In this document: positions 1 to 10,400 of the stretch, piece after piece
Layout: the number at the start of each line of letters is the position of its first letter
Position numbering within the stretch: the stretch's first letter is position 1
NCBI GenBank assembly: GCA_029261995.1
Contig: JAJDAF010000061.1
Coordinates: 90,219-154,218, forward strand
Source of the DNA: Candidatus Zhuqueibacterota bacterium
Lineage (GTDB): Bacteria > Zhuqueibacterota > Zhuqueibacteria > Oceanimicrobiales > Oceanimicrobiaceae
Direction: 5' to 3'
Length of the DNA: 64,000 nucleotides
Notes under the pieces: generated by a model
Database searches by the model: none
Told to the model about the DNA's origin: nothing
What the model saw: only the letters and a program-made list of their open reading frames with translations
Made by a program: the position numbers and the translations under genes

Positions 1-32
1 ATTCGCAAGCTAAGAATGAGATAACCCACAGA

Positions 33-935
33 ATGGATGACAATGGCATGCAAATGTCCGGCCCGGATAGTGCTCCGCAGCCGAGTCCTCGTCTTACCGC
101 GCGTCTGCTGGGACGGCTCAACAGTAATAACCCCAGGCTCAATCTCTATCTCTTTCTGGCCACATGCTTTACAACTTTCGCCACTGGCTGGCTCTACAAT
201 GGCTACTGGCAAGCTGGTGTGTGGTACGGCGGCGGCATTATCGCCATACTTCTCGCGCATGAGATGGGGCACTACCTAATGTGTCGGAAACACGGGGTTC
301 GCGCCACACTGCCTTTCTTTATTCCATTTCCTCCGGTTCTCAATCCATTTGGAACGCTGGGCGCGGTTATCCGGATGGAGTCCCTGATTCCAAGCCGCAG
401 GGCACTGTTTGACATCGCGGTCGCGGGCCCGCTGGCCGGCCTGGCGCTTACTTTGCCCGCAATCTATTTTGGCGTTCAAATGTCTACAGTTGTCGAAACG
501 GCCGCAATGGATGCTCAAGGCGCAGTGCAACTCGGTGAGTCTTTGCTTTATAAAATGATTTCATCTCTGGCAATGAGCGGATTGTCGGAGGGTCAGGACA
601 TTTTGCTGCACCCGCTGGCCTATGCAGGTTGGGCGGGCCTGTTTGTGACGGCTCTCAATCTGCTTCCAATTGGGCAGCTGGATGGCGGCCATATCGTCTA
701 CGCACTGATCGGGAAACATCACCGCGTTGTGGCGTTGTCGGCTCTGGCGGTTTTTGGCGCTGTCACTATTTTCATCTATCCAGGCTGGGCATTGCTGTTC
801 GCGTTACTTTTTTGGCTGGGCCGGCGTCACCCTCCGACGCTCGATGAGCGACCACTCGATGCAAAACGGATTGCTATCGGTATTGCGACACTTATAGTTT
901 TCTTTCTCTCATTTACCCTTCAACCCATTTCATAG
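33..935 (+). CDS. Site-2 protease family (M50) zinc metallopeptidase, membrane-embedded
   Basis: 300-aa ORF with HEMGH zinc-binding motif (LLAHEMGHYLM), several hydrophobic segments and a downstream LDGGH-type motif typical of S2P/M50 proteases. Confidence 0.7.
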   Translation: MDDNGMQMSGPDSAPQPSPRLTARLLGRLNSNNPRLNLYLFLATCFTTFATGWLYNGYWQAGVWYGGGIIAILLAHEMGHYLMCRKHGVRATLPFFIPFPPVLNPFGTLGAVIRMESLIPSRRALFDIAVAGPLAGLALTLPAIYFGVQMSTVVETAAMDAQGAVQLGESLLYKMISSLAMSGLSEGQDILLHPLAYAGWAGLFVTALNLLPIGQLDGGHIVYALIGKHHRVVALSALAVFGAVTIFIYPGWALLFALLFWLGRRHPPTLDERPLDAKRIAIGIATLIVFFLSFTLQPIS

Positions 936-1041
936 CATGGCGTGCGAGTTAATAAATTCCTGAAAAGAGTGTTGGATTTGCTGGCCGCCCTTCTTAAATT
1001 CGCGCTCGCTCTACGAAATCGTCAACCAAAGGGACTCAGGC

Positions 1042-2028
1042 ATGACATTCGACTATCCGGCATCCACTGACATCGCGAGACTTCCAACTCCAATCGAACC
1101 ACTCGAGCGGCTGTCAAGCAGCCTTGAAGGGCCAAAGATTTTCGTCAAGAGAGATGATTTCACCGGCGTTGGAGTCACTGGCAACAAAGTCCGCAAACTC
1201 GATTTCCTGCTCGCCGATGCGCTGGCACAGAAGTGCGACAGCGTCATCACTTGCGGTGGCTACCAGTCCAATCATGCACGCACAACCGCCGTGATGTGTG
1301 CCAAACTCGGTTTGACATGCCACCTGGTCCTGCGAAATGGCATGAGCGCCGCAACGGACGGCAATCTGTTTCTCGACCGCCTGGTCGGCGCGGAGATAAA
1401 ATATGTGACTCCTGAAGAGTACATGCGCATTGACGAAGTGATGGCGGAATTCGCGAGCGATCTAAAAGAAGACGGCCACAAGGCCTACGTCATCCCCGAG
1501 GGAGGCTCAAACGCATTGGGCACGCTCGGTTATCTTAAGGCTGCCGAGGAAATTGCTGCTCAGGTCAAAGCGATGAAGTTGAGACTGCACCACATCATTG
1601 TTCCAGTCGGGTCAGGCGGAACTTATGCGGGACTGCTTCTCGGGAAATTCCTGTTCGATTTGCCCGCTCAAATCCACGGCGTTAACGTCTGCGATGATCA
1701 GGCATACTTCGTGAACAAGATTCATCAATTGCTACAAAGCGTCGAAAGCCAATTCAATATGGGGCTAAAGCTGGGCAAGCGGGACATCAGAATTATTGAT
1801 GGCTATGTGGGCAAAGGCTATGGTTTGAGCAGCCAGGAGGAGTTGGACACGATAAAGGCCCTGGCCCGTCAGGAGGGTGTTGTGCTCGACCCTGTTTACA
1901 CGGGAAAAACGATGTATGGCTTAATGGACCAGATCAAGTTGGGAAATTTTGGCAAGGATGAGAACATCCTGTTCATCCACACTGGCGGCATTTTTGGCCT
2001 TTTCCCAAAGAAGACGCTATTCTTCTAG
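1042..2028 (+). CDS. PLP-dependent D-cysteine desulfhydrase / ACC deaminase family enzyme
   Basis: 328-aa ORF; GNKVRKL lysine motif and CGGYQSNH segment characteristic of the ACC deaminase/D-cysteine desulfhydrase family of fold-type II PLP enzymes. Confidence 0.7.
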   Translation: MTFDYPASTDIARLPTPIEPLERLSSSLEGPKIFVKRDDFTGVGVTGNKVRKLDFLLADALAQKCDSVITCGGYQSNHARTTAVMCAKLGLTCHLVLRNGMSAATDGNLFLDRLVGAEIKYVTPEEYMRIDEVMAEFASDLKEDGHKAYVIPEGGSNALGTLGYLKAAEEIAAQVKAMKLRLHHIIVPVGSGGTYAGLLLGKFLFDLPAQIHGVNVCDDQAYFVNKIHQLLQSVESQFNMGLKLGKRDIRIIDGYVGKGYGLSSQEELDTIKALARQEGVVLDPVYTGKTMYGLMDQIKLGNFGKDENILFIHTGGIFGLFPKKTLFF

Positions 2029-2031
2029 CGT

Positions 2032-2769
2032 TCAAGATATCTGACGGCCGCCGTCCACGGCCAAAATTTCGCCGGTGATGTAGTCACCTCCCTCAATCAA
2101 AAAAAGCACGGCATTGACAATATCTTGCGGAGATCCGATTCGTTTCAGCAGAGTTTCGGCCGCAATGTGCGCGGTGTAGTCGGTTGATGCCCCGTCACTC
2201 ATCAGAACAGTCCCCGACGCTACGGCGTTGACCAGAATGTCGGGGGCAAATGCTTTTGCCAGACCCTTTGTCATGGCGATAAGCCCGGCCTTGGTTGTGC
2301 AATAAGGCACATAGTCCGGCCATGGTGAATAAGCCGAGACATCCGCAACGTTGATGATTTTGCCGCCCTGACCTTGCTCCCGCATCTGCCGGACCGCATG
2401 AACCGAGCAGAAGTAGGGCGCTTTGAGATTGATGCCAAACAGGCGGTCCCAATCTTCTTCCGATGTTTCGAAAGGAGGCGTCTTCAAGTAAAGAGCAGCG
2501 TTGTTCACCAACACATCCAGTCCGCCGAGTGTCGAGGCGCAGGTGTCCACAACATTTCTGACGTCAGCGATGCTGGAAAGATCACCATGCACAAGACATC
2601 CTGAACCATTTTCGCTTTTCACCTGCGCGAGTGTCTTTTCGGCGTCTTCTCGGGAGTTATGGTAGTGGATTGCCACTTGTGCACCGGCGCGGGCAAGCCC
2701 GAGAGATATGGCCTGACCGACGCGCTGGGCGCCGCCTGTCACCAGAACGGCCTTGCCTGCCAGTTCCAT
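2032..2769 (-). CDS. SDR family NAD(P)-dependent oxidoreductase
   Basis: 245-aa ORF; N-terminal TGGAQRVG Rossmann motif, NNAA segment and YxxxK catalytic motif (YCTTK) typical of short-chain dehydrogenases. Confidence 0.8.
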   Translation of the reverse strand: MELAGKAVLVTGGAQRVGQAISLGLARAGAQVAIHYHNSREDAEKTLAQVKSENGSGCLVHGDLSSIADVRNVVDTCASTLGGLDVLVNNAALYLKTPPFETSEEDWDRLFGINLKAPYFCSVHAVRQMREQGQGGKIINVADVSAYSPWPDYVPYCTTKAGLIAMTKGLAKAFAPDILVNAVASGTVLMSDGASTDYTAHIAAETLLKRIGSPQDIVNAVLFLIEGGDYITGEILAVDGGRQIS

Positions 2770-2771
2770 GT

Positions 2772-3101
2772 TCAGGTAAGCTCGCCAGTGGCCAGGGCAT
2801 CTCCGGCGGCATATTCCACATTGAGTACATCATGCCGGAGCCGACCAGCCATGCCTTTGCGATCATCAATCACAATGTTTGTGACCACCCGGTCAACCAT
2901 GCCGGCCAATTCCTGGTGGCACTTTTTTATGCAAGTCATGACCTCATCCCAATCTCCTTCGATAATCAGACCCATCGAAGTGAGTTGGTATGGCAGTTCC
3001 GTGGACGCTACGAATTTTGCCGCCCTGGCCAGCAATTCCTTTGTCTCCTCGCCGCTACCGACCGGGGTCAATGAAACCTGCGCTAGCATAAGCACCTCCA
3101 T
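2772..3101 (-). CDS. MTH1187/YkoF family protein (DUF77)
   Basis: 109-aa ORF immediately upstream of and co-oriented with the SDR gene; size and sequence pattern resemble the small MTH1187/YkoF ligand-binding family. Weak, by recall only. Confidence 0.45.
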   Translation of the reverse strand: MEVLMLAQVSLTPVGSGEETKELLARAAKFVASTELPYQLTSMGLIIEGDWDEVMTCIKKCHQELAGMVDRVVTNIVIDDRKGMAGRLRHDVLNVEYAAGDALATGELT

Positions 3102-3444
3102 GCTTAAGTTGCTATCTTTTTAAAGTTTATGCTACATGCGGAAAGTTACTAAAATCCATTAAAATGTCAAGCCAAAAAATCACCGGGGCCCCAATTAAAC
3201 GTTGACTTTACAGACGTGAATTGATATATTTCGTCTTCAATTAGCGGCGCCATCTAGCAGCAAGCAAAGGAGGATGAAGGCGCACGTGTACGCCCTGGGG
3301 TGGGCTTTCATGTGTAACTAAGACGGTGATGGCCGCGGTTGAAGTTCAGCTGCCCGGAGTCTCCTCCCAGCGGGCCTGAACCACCGGTTCCAAACTGACC
3401 AATACAGAAAGATCAATCAAGCAGCCCATGCGGAACGGTTTGGC

Positions 3445-4197
3445 TTGACCGTGGTTGTCCCGCGAACGACAGACGAACAGGTGAACATCGACTTTCGAAG
3501 TAGCTACTGGCAGGTGTCTCGACAATTGCCAGTCGGATTAGTGCTGGTGGCGCCGCTGTGGGTTCTTTATGAAGCCCTGGCCTTTCGTTTGAACGATGGG
3601 CTAGGCGGCCACCTGCGAACGGGAATAGACTACGTCCTCACCACCGGTCTTGCAAGGCTGTCGTTGCCACTGGAAGCAAGTTATCTTATTCCTGGGCTGG
3701 CGTTGCTGGTTGTTTTCTTGAAAGGAGACCGTCGCGCTCAAGTGGCAGACTGCAAGCGCCACTATTGGCCACTGATGAGCGTAGAGTGCCTTATCTATGC
3801 CGCTGTTTTCGGAATTCTGGTAAGCAACATGTCGGATGTCTTCCTGCAGGGCGGAAACACTCCCGCGCAGCAGAGATGGGCATCTCTCGTGATGAACCTG
3901 GGCTCGGGCCTTTATGAGGAGCTGGTTTTCCGCCTGGCTATTTTGGGCACGATGATGCTGGTTTTGGACCGCTACATTTCGAGCAGATGGTTAGTTTTGG
4001 GAGTCAGCATTGTGGTCAGCGCCGTGGGTTTTTCAATGTTTCACTATCTTGACCTATTCGGTGAGCAGTTTGCCTGGCCAGCCTTCATCTTTCGGCTGGT
4101 CGCAGGGGTAGTCTTTTCGGTAGTTTTTCTCGTGCGGGGGTACGGCATCGCCGCCTGCACGCATTCTTTTTACAACGTATTTCTAATGTTCAGATAG
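3445..4197 (+). CDS. CPBP family intramembrane glutamic endopeptidase (CAAX protease-like)
   Basis: 250-aa polytopic ORF with EELVFR motif, FSMFH and HSFYN motifs typical of the CPBP/Abi family. Confidence 0.65.
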   Translation: MTVVVPRTTDEQVNIDFRSSYWQVSRQLPVGLVLVAPLWVLYEALAFRLNDGLGGHLRTGIDYVLTTGLARLSLPLEASYLIPGLALLVVFLKGDRRAQVADCKRHYWPLMSVECLIYAAVFGILVSNMSDVFLQGGNTPAQQRWASLVMNLGSGLYEELVFRLAILGTMMLVLDRYISSRWLVLGVSIVVSAVGFSMFHYLDLFGEQFAWPAFIFRLVAGVVFSVVFLVRGYGIAACTHSFYNVFLMFR

Positions 4198-4207
4198 CTC
4201 GGGCTTC

Positions 4208-5239
4208 ATGTTTATGAATCGAATCTTTGCTGGCGCCGTCGGCGCGTTGGCTGTAGGCGCAGGCTTGGTTTTATGGGTACTGTTTTCATCGGTTGTACCG
4301 AATGATGGTCGTGATCTCGCTGAGTTCGACATCCGCAGCGGGCAGTCCTTTAGCTCGATCGTGAGCTCGCTTTCGGCAAAAAAACTCATCGACGGCCAAC
4401 TGAGACTGAACCTTGCAGGGAGGATGATACGCGTCCGGAGATCCATGAAAGCAGGCAAGTACGAAATCGAGCCGGGACTCTCAAGCTATCGCCTGCTTAG
4501 AAAACTCAGCCGCGGGAAAGTGGCAAGCGTCAGGGTGACGGTGCCGGAGGGCTATCAGGCGCGACAAATAGCATCTGTGATGCGCAGAAAAATCGGCGTT
4601 GATTCGCTACGCTTCATGACGCTGGTGGACTCGGCGGAGTTTGCGGCAGATGTCGGCATCGAGGCTCCCGGGCTGGAAGGATTTCTGTTTCCCAACACCT
4701 ATCAATTGAGCTGGGGCATGTCGGCGGAACGGGTCATCCGCATCCTTGTCGCTGAATTCAACAAGCAATTCAGTGATTCTATGCGGGCTGTTGCCGCGGA
4801 GGGCGAGTTTTCTCTTCACGAACTCGTCACTCTGGCGTCGATTATCGAGGGCGAAGCCATGATTGATGCGGAGCGGCCCACCATCTCTGCCGTCTACCGA
4901 AACCGCTTGAAAAGGCGGATGCGGTTGCAGGCAGATCCAACGATTCAGTACATTGTCAGCGATGGCCCGCGGCGACTGGTCAAGAAGGACCTCGCGATTG
5001 ACTCACCATACAACACATATAAATATTCGGGCCTGCCGCCCGGACCGATCAATAACCCGGGCCTGGCGTCACTAATTGCCGCCTTTTCACCGGCAGACGT
5101 TAGCTACCTGTATTTTGTAGCCAACGGAGCCGGCGCGCACACGTTTACCCGTACGCACCGTGAGCATCTCAGGGCGAAGGCGAGATTTGATCAGCATCGG
5201 CGCAAGGTGCAACGTGAGAAAAACAAATCCGGAAAATGA
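4208..5239 (+). CDS. mltG: Endolytic murein transglycosylase MltG (YceG-like)
   Basis: 343-aa ORF with N-terminal membrane anchor and conserved YceG-family blocks (FLFPNTYQL, SIIEGEA, YNTYKYSGLPPGPINNPG). Confidence 0.8.
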   Translation: MFMNRIFAGAVGALAVGAGLVLWVLFSSVVPNDGRDLAEFDIRSGQSFSSIVSSLSAKKLIDGQLRLNLAGRMIRVRRSMKAGKYEIEPGLSSYRLLRKLSRGKVASVRVTVPEGYQARQIASVMRRKIGVDSLRFMTLVDSAEFAADVGIEAPGLEGFLFPNTYQLSWGMSAERVIRILVAEFNKQFSDSMRAVAAEGEFSLHELVTLASIIEGEAMIDAERPTISAVYRNRLKRRMRLQADPTIQYIVSDGPRRLVKKDLAIDSPYNTYKYSGLPPGPINNPGLASLIAAFSPADVSYLYFVANGAGAHTFTRTHREHLRAKARFDQHRRKVQREKNKSGK

Positions 5240-5243
5240 ATAA

Positions 5244-7460
5244 GTGACGGCAACCCTCAAAGGAAACAAATTGCTAACGAACCTGAACGCCGTCCAGCGC
5301 GAAGCTGTGCAACACACCGATGGCCCTGTTCTGATTCATGCCGGCGCCGGCAGTGGTAAAACACGGGTGTTAACCTATCGCGTCGCTCATCTGATTGGTC
5401 AGGGCAATGCCAAACCATGGCAAATTCTCGCCGTAACCTTTACCAACAAGGCTGCCGCGGAGATGAAAGAGCGCATCCTGGCCTTGTCAGAGGGGAATGC
5501 AAAAGATATTTGGATCGGCACATTCCATTCTGTTTGTGCCCGTCTGCTCAGAGTTGAAGCTCAAAAAATCGGATTCGATCGCAATTTCCTGATCTTCGAT
5601 CGCGATGACCAGATTCGCTTCGTGAAGTCCGTGATGAAAGCGAATCACATTTCGGAAAAGCAGTACGCACCAGATGGCGTTCTCAGTGCTATCAACGGCG
5701 CCAAGAACGCATTTGTCAGTCCCGCCCAATATCAAACCATCGCCAAGAACCCTTTCGAAGAAACCGTTGCGTTTGTGTACGGCCACTACCAGCGTGAGAT
5801 GAAAGAAAACAACACGATGGACTTCGACGACCTTCTGATGAACGCCCTCTACCTGTTTCAGGAGCATGCGGACGTGCTCGCGCATTATCAGGACAAATTT
5901 AAGCATATTCTCGTTGATGAATATCAGGACACCAACCGAACGCAATATCTTCTCCTTAACCAACTGGCCGCCAAGCACAAGAACATCTGTGTGGTGGGAG
6001 ATGACGACCAATCAATTTATCGCTGGCGTGGTGCTGACATCGAGAACATCCTGAACATTGAGCGGGACTATCCGGGCTGCAAGGTTTTCCGTCTGGAGCA
6101 GAACTATCGCTCGACCAAACGCATCCTTCATGTCGCAAACTCCGTGGTTCAGCACAACGTCAGACGCAGGCACAAGGCTCTTTGGACAGAAAACGACGAT
6201 GGCGAAAAAGTGACCCTGGTAGATCTTGACGATCAAATCTCGGAGTCTCTGTTTGTGGTCAGTTCAATCAAGGACGAGCTGCACAAGAACGGCAGAAATT
6301 TTAGCGACCTCGTCATTCTCTACCGCACAAACGCGCAATCCCGCGTTCTTGAGGACGCGCTCAGGACGTCTGGTATTCCATATGTCATCGTCGGAGGCGT
6401 GCGCTTCTATGAGCGCAAGGAAGTCAAGGATGTCCTTGCGTATCTGCGCTTGATCTGTAACCCGAAAGATGCCATCAGCTTTAAGAGAGTCATCAACTTT
6501 CCGCTGCGGGGAATTGGCGAGACTTCCGTGGCCAAGCTGGAAACCTTCGCCGAAGAGAACTCCATCTCTCTCCTGGATGCTGCCGGTCGCGCTGCGGAGA
6601 TCTTCACCATCTCCGGTCGAATCCGGAAGAACATCTTTGATTTTGCGCAGATGGTCCGCAAATACGCTGCGCTCAAAACTGAATTCTCGCCAGGCGAACT
6701 GGCGCGTGCAGTTGTCGATGAGATTGGTCTGCTCAGAACATTCAAGGAGATTGGCACCGAGGAATCCTTCGGACGAGCAGAGAATGTCCGCGAACTGCTG
6801 TCCGCGATCGCCAATTACTGCAACATGCATAAGTCGAGCGGCCTGGAACATTTTCTCGAGGAAGTGACTTTAATCAGTGATATTGATACGTGGGACGACC
6901 GGTCAAATGCGGTGACATTGATGACGCTGCACAGCGCCAAAGGCCTTGAATTTCCTGTTGTGTACATCACCGGATTGGAAGAAGGCCTGTTTCCGCTTAC
7001 CCGCACGCTCGACAGCAACGAAGAATTGGAAGAAGAGCGCAGGCTGTTTTATGTTGGCGCTACGCGGGCCAAGGAGAAACTCTACCTGACGTGGGCTGCA
7101 AGACGCCTCCGGTACGGCGAGTATTTCGAAAACCTGCCGTCGCGTTTTATCAAGGAAATTGATCAGGAATTCGTCCTTCGGGAAAATCTCAGACGGGGGT
7201 TTGAGCAACCCGGACAACGGCGCCACAGGCGGACGAACACCCGAGAGCCTCGCGTCGATGTCATGCCCGCCTACGATGACTTTTCGCAAGATATGCCCCA
7301 AATCTACAAGGGTTGCGAAGTAAAACACGGAAAGTTCGGTATTGGCAAAGTCGTCTCTATTCAGGGAAACGGCGAAAACATGAGGCTGATTGTAAAATTC
7401 TATGATGTCGGTGAAAAAAAGCTACTCGTCAAATATGCGAAACTTGAAGTTCTTTCCTAA
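5244..7460 (+). CDS. pcrA: ATP-dependent DNA helicase, UvrD/PcrA family
   Basis: 738-aa ORF; Walker A AGAGSGKT, helicase motifs (VDEYQDTN, VGDDDQSIYRWRGA, TLHSAKGLEFPVV) and a C-terminal small domain as in PcrA. Confidence 0.85.
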   Translation: MTATLKGNKLLTNLNAVQREAVQHTDGPVLIHAGAGSGKTRVLTYRVAHLIGQGNAKPWQILAVTFTNKAAAEMKERILALSEGNAKDIWIGTFHSVCARLLRVEAQKIGFDRNFLIFDRDDQIRFVKSVMKANHISEKQYAPDGVLSAINGAKNAFVSPAQYQTIAKNPFEETVAFVYGHYQREMKENNTMDFDDLLMNALYLFQEHADVLAHYQDKFKHILVDEYQDTNRTQYLLLNQLAAKHKNICVVGDDDQSIYRWRGADIENILNIERDYPGCKVFRLEQNYRSTKRILHVANSVVQHNVRRRHKALWTENDDGEKVTLVDLDDQISESLFVVSSIKDELHKNGRNFSDLVILYRTNAQSRVLEDALRTSGIPYVIVGGVRFYERKEVKDVLAYLRLICNPKDAISFKRVINFPLRGIGETSVAKLETFAEENSISLLDAAGRAAEIFTISGRIRKNIFDFAQMVRKYAALKTEFSPGELARAVVDEIGLLRTFKEIGTEESFGRAENVRELLSAIANYCNMHKSSGLEHFLEEVTLISDIDTWDDRSNAVTLMTLHSAKGLEFPVVYITGLEEGLFPLTRTLDSNEELEEERRLFYVGATRAKEKLYLTWAARRLRYGEYFENLPSRFIKEIDQEFVLRENLRRGFEQPGQRRHRRTNTREPRVDVMPAYDDFSQDMPQIYKGCEVKHGKFGIGKVVSIQGNGENMRLIVKFYDVGEKKLLVKYAKLEVLS

Positions 7461-10400
7461 GCTGGTCGCGGGACTCGCGGTTGGCGCGTTGCTACTTCTT
7501 CCTCACGCCATCTTTCCGCAAGCGACACTCGCTGAGCGGGAGTTTCTCTTTGCGCAAAAGCTCTACAATGACGCACTGCATTCGCTCGCGGCTGAACAAT
7601 TGCGTGAATTTGCTGAACGCTTTCCCAATGATAGTCGCGCCGACCATGCACTGCTCATGAGCGGACTGGCCTATGCGGCGGTTGACGAATTTGACAATGC
7701 ATTCGACAGGTTCAAGGCCCTGGAGTTGAGTTATCCACAATCTCAGCATCTAGCGGAATCAAGGTTTCAAATGGCAGCCTGTCAATCTAGTTTGGGAGAA
7801 CACAAAGCGGCGGCGGAGCTGTTTCGGCGCGTGCCGTATTTTCACCCGCAAAGCGATCGTGCCGCGCTTTCCTACCTGAATGCGGGAAGAGCCTACCTTG
7901 CGTCCGCGGACCTGAATGGCGCAGTGTCCAGTTTTATGAAAGTTGCGGCTGACTATCCTGACTCACCGCTGCGGATCGATGCGCAACTTGAGGTCGTGAG
8001 GGCGTACATGGGTATCGACAGCCTCGACAGAGCCATTCATGAAATCGATGGTATTTTTCGTGCATTCGGCTCAGAAGTCAAGGACGCTCGGGTCTACTGG
8101 TTGCGCGGCCAGATATTTGAAGCGCTTGGCAATTTCGACGAGGCTGTCCGGATCTATGAGAAACTCATAGCCTCCTTTCCTGGCGCACAAGAATCCAGGC
8201 TCGCGCAATACCACCTGGCAGACTACAGCAGAAACAAAGGTGACCTATCAGCGGCGTTGTCAAAAGTGGATGCATTCCTGCAAAGCAGAACAGGGGCGGA
8301 CACCCTGCTGACACAAGCCCATTTGCTGCGAGGCGACATTCTCGCCGCCGACGAAAAACCTGACGACGCGATCGATGCGTATCGCCAGGCTCTCGATGGT
8401 GCTCCAAGTGACTTGCGAGCTGAACTGGGTTATAAGATCGCCAGGCAAATGATGTTGGGCGGCAATCTTCAAGGCGCCAGGCAGGCATTGTCTCAGGTGG
8501 TCCATGGAGCAAATGAAAACGATGCGTCCGAACAGCGCACCAAAGGCTATCTTAATGACGCATATCTCATGTTCATTGATGTCACAGCTCAGATGGGTCA
8601 GACCGGAGACGCGTTGCGCTTTGCGTCCGAGTACAAGCGTCGCTTTGCTGGCAGCGAGAACATGCCAGGTGTTTTGTTTCGGGAAGCAAGAATAATCGAA
8701 AATGGGGCCACCGACTACACGCGGGCCCAACGTGCATACCAGACTGTCCTTGACACGTTTCCCGGGTGCTACTGGGTCGATGAATCAAAAGCGGCAATCG
8801 GACGCTGTTATGAGAAACTGGGTGAGTATCGCCTGGCTCTGGTCGAATACCAGGACTATCTCCGCAGGTTTCCCGCCGGTGATGAATATGATGTAGTCGC
8901 CGAGAAAGCGGACCTCATCGCACGTACTGTCCAATTGCAGCCACAGGCTGGAAACGCAGGGTTCGCGCGCATCCTGAGTCAGGGCGTGTCAGGAATTGAA
9001 CCTGCGAAATTGGCTCTTGAACTCGGCAAGGTTCACCTGAAAGCAAAGGGATTTGACAGTGCCATCGCCATGCTGCACCAGGCTATGGCTGAGGCAGCGC
9101 CGAATGGTGACGATTTGGTCCTGCCCGAAACTCAGTTTTATCTGGGACAGTCTCATCTTCTCAAGGCGCAACGACTGCAACTCGCCGGCGATGATGCCGG
9201 TCGCGCCGCGCACACCGACAGCGCCGTTTCCGCGTTCCACCTGCTACAGTCCAGCTTTCCGGAGAACGACCATTTCGCGGAGACGCAGCTCAGACTCGTC
9301 GAACTTGCGCTTACGCGTCAGGATTCACTGCTCGCAAGCCAGGATGCTCTCGGCATTCTGAAGACCTGGGATGCGGACTACCCGCAGCACGGAGGGAGCG
9401 AAGCCATTCTTAATTCGCTGGCCGACGGCTATTTTGACCTGGTCGTGGCAGGGGACTCAACCCTGGCCGATTCCGCTGTCAAGTACTATGAAGAAAGCCT
9501 CAGGCGGTTTCCCGAGCAGAATTCAACCAACAAAATCGTCTTCAACATGGCCAGGATTTGGGAAACCAGTGGGCGGGACTCGCTTGCGCTACAGGCCCTG
9601 AATTCTGTTTTATCGACGAATATGAGCGCGTCTGACCACCAGACTGGCCCGGCTTTGCTGTTGCGGTCGGCCATCCTGCGCCGTTCAGGGCAGTTGGATG
9701 CAGCACGCAATGACTTGCGCAAAGTTGAACGCGAGTTCTTCTATTCTGACATCGCGAAACAGGCCCGAATTGCGTTGGCTGAGTTGGAGTTTGAACGTGG
9801 CAACTACCAGTCCGCTCTCGACCTCTACCGGCGCCACCTCCGGGACAATAGGCTCGACAAATCCGACACACATGCCGCCGCGGCAGATGCCGGGAGCATT
9901 TACATGCAGGCCAGGTCTCTCGACATGCTTGGGCTTTTCGATGACGCCCTTTCTTCCTATCTGGAATTCCTGCGAACGCATCCGACGGCTGAGTTGGCTG
10001 AAGCCGCGAGACTGGCTGTCGCGAGAATCGCCGCACTACGTGGCAATAAAACATTTGCGGCCGAATATTACCGCGCTGTTCTGGATGGCGGCCGCGCGAT
10101 CTCAAGCCGATTTCAAGCCGCCATGGCGCTGGGTAGTTTCAAGTTTGAACAGAAACTCTATCAGGATGCGAGAGAACGGTTTCAGGTTGCACTGTCTCTT
10201 GCTGGGCAACCTGAAATGTCGAGACAAGCTGAAAGAGAAATCATCCGGTGTGGCTATCGGTTGCGAGAGTTTGCAGCAGCCGACGCGGCAGTCAAGTCGT
10301 TCAAAAAAGCATATCGGGACACCAAGAAAGACGAGGCGCAGTTTCTGCTCGACAAGGCAGAAACCTACAAGGTGAGCAAGCGTTTCGAACTGGCGCGCAA

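Noticed and set aside
3271-3318. 15-codon mini-ORF (MKAHVYALGWAFMCN) adjacent to an AGGAGG sequence
   Set aside because: The Shine-Dalgarno-like sequence abuts the ATG with no spacer and nothing suggests leader-peptide attenuation; treated as chance.
3102-3444. TPP riboswitch in the leader of the MTH1187/YkoF-like gene
   Set aside because: The minus-strand leader lacks the conserved CUGAGA and pyrimidine-sensing helix elements of THI-box RNAs as far as could be judged by eye.
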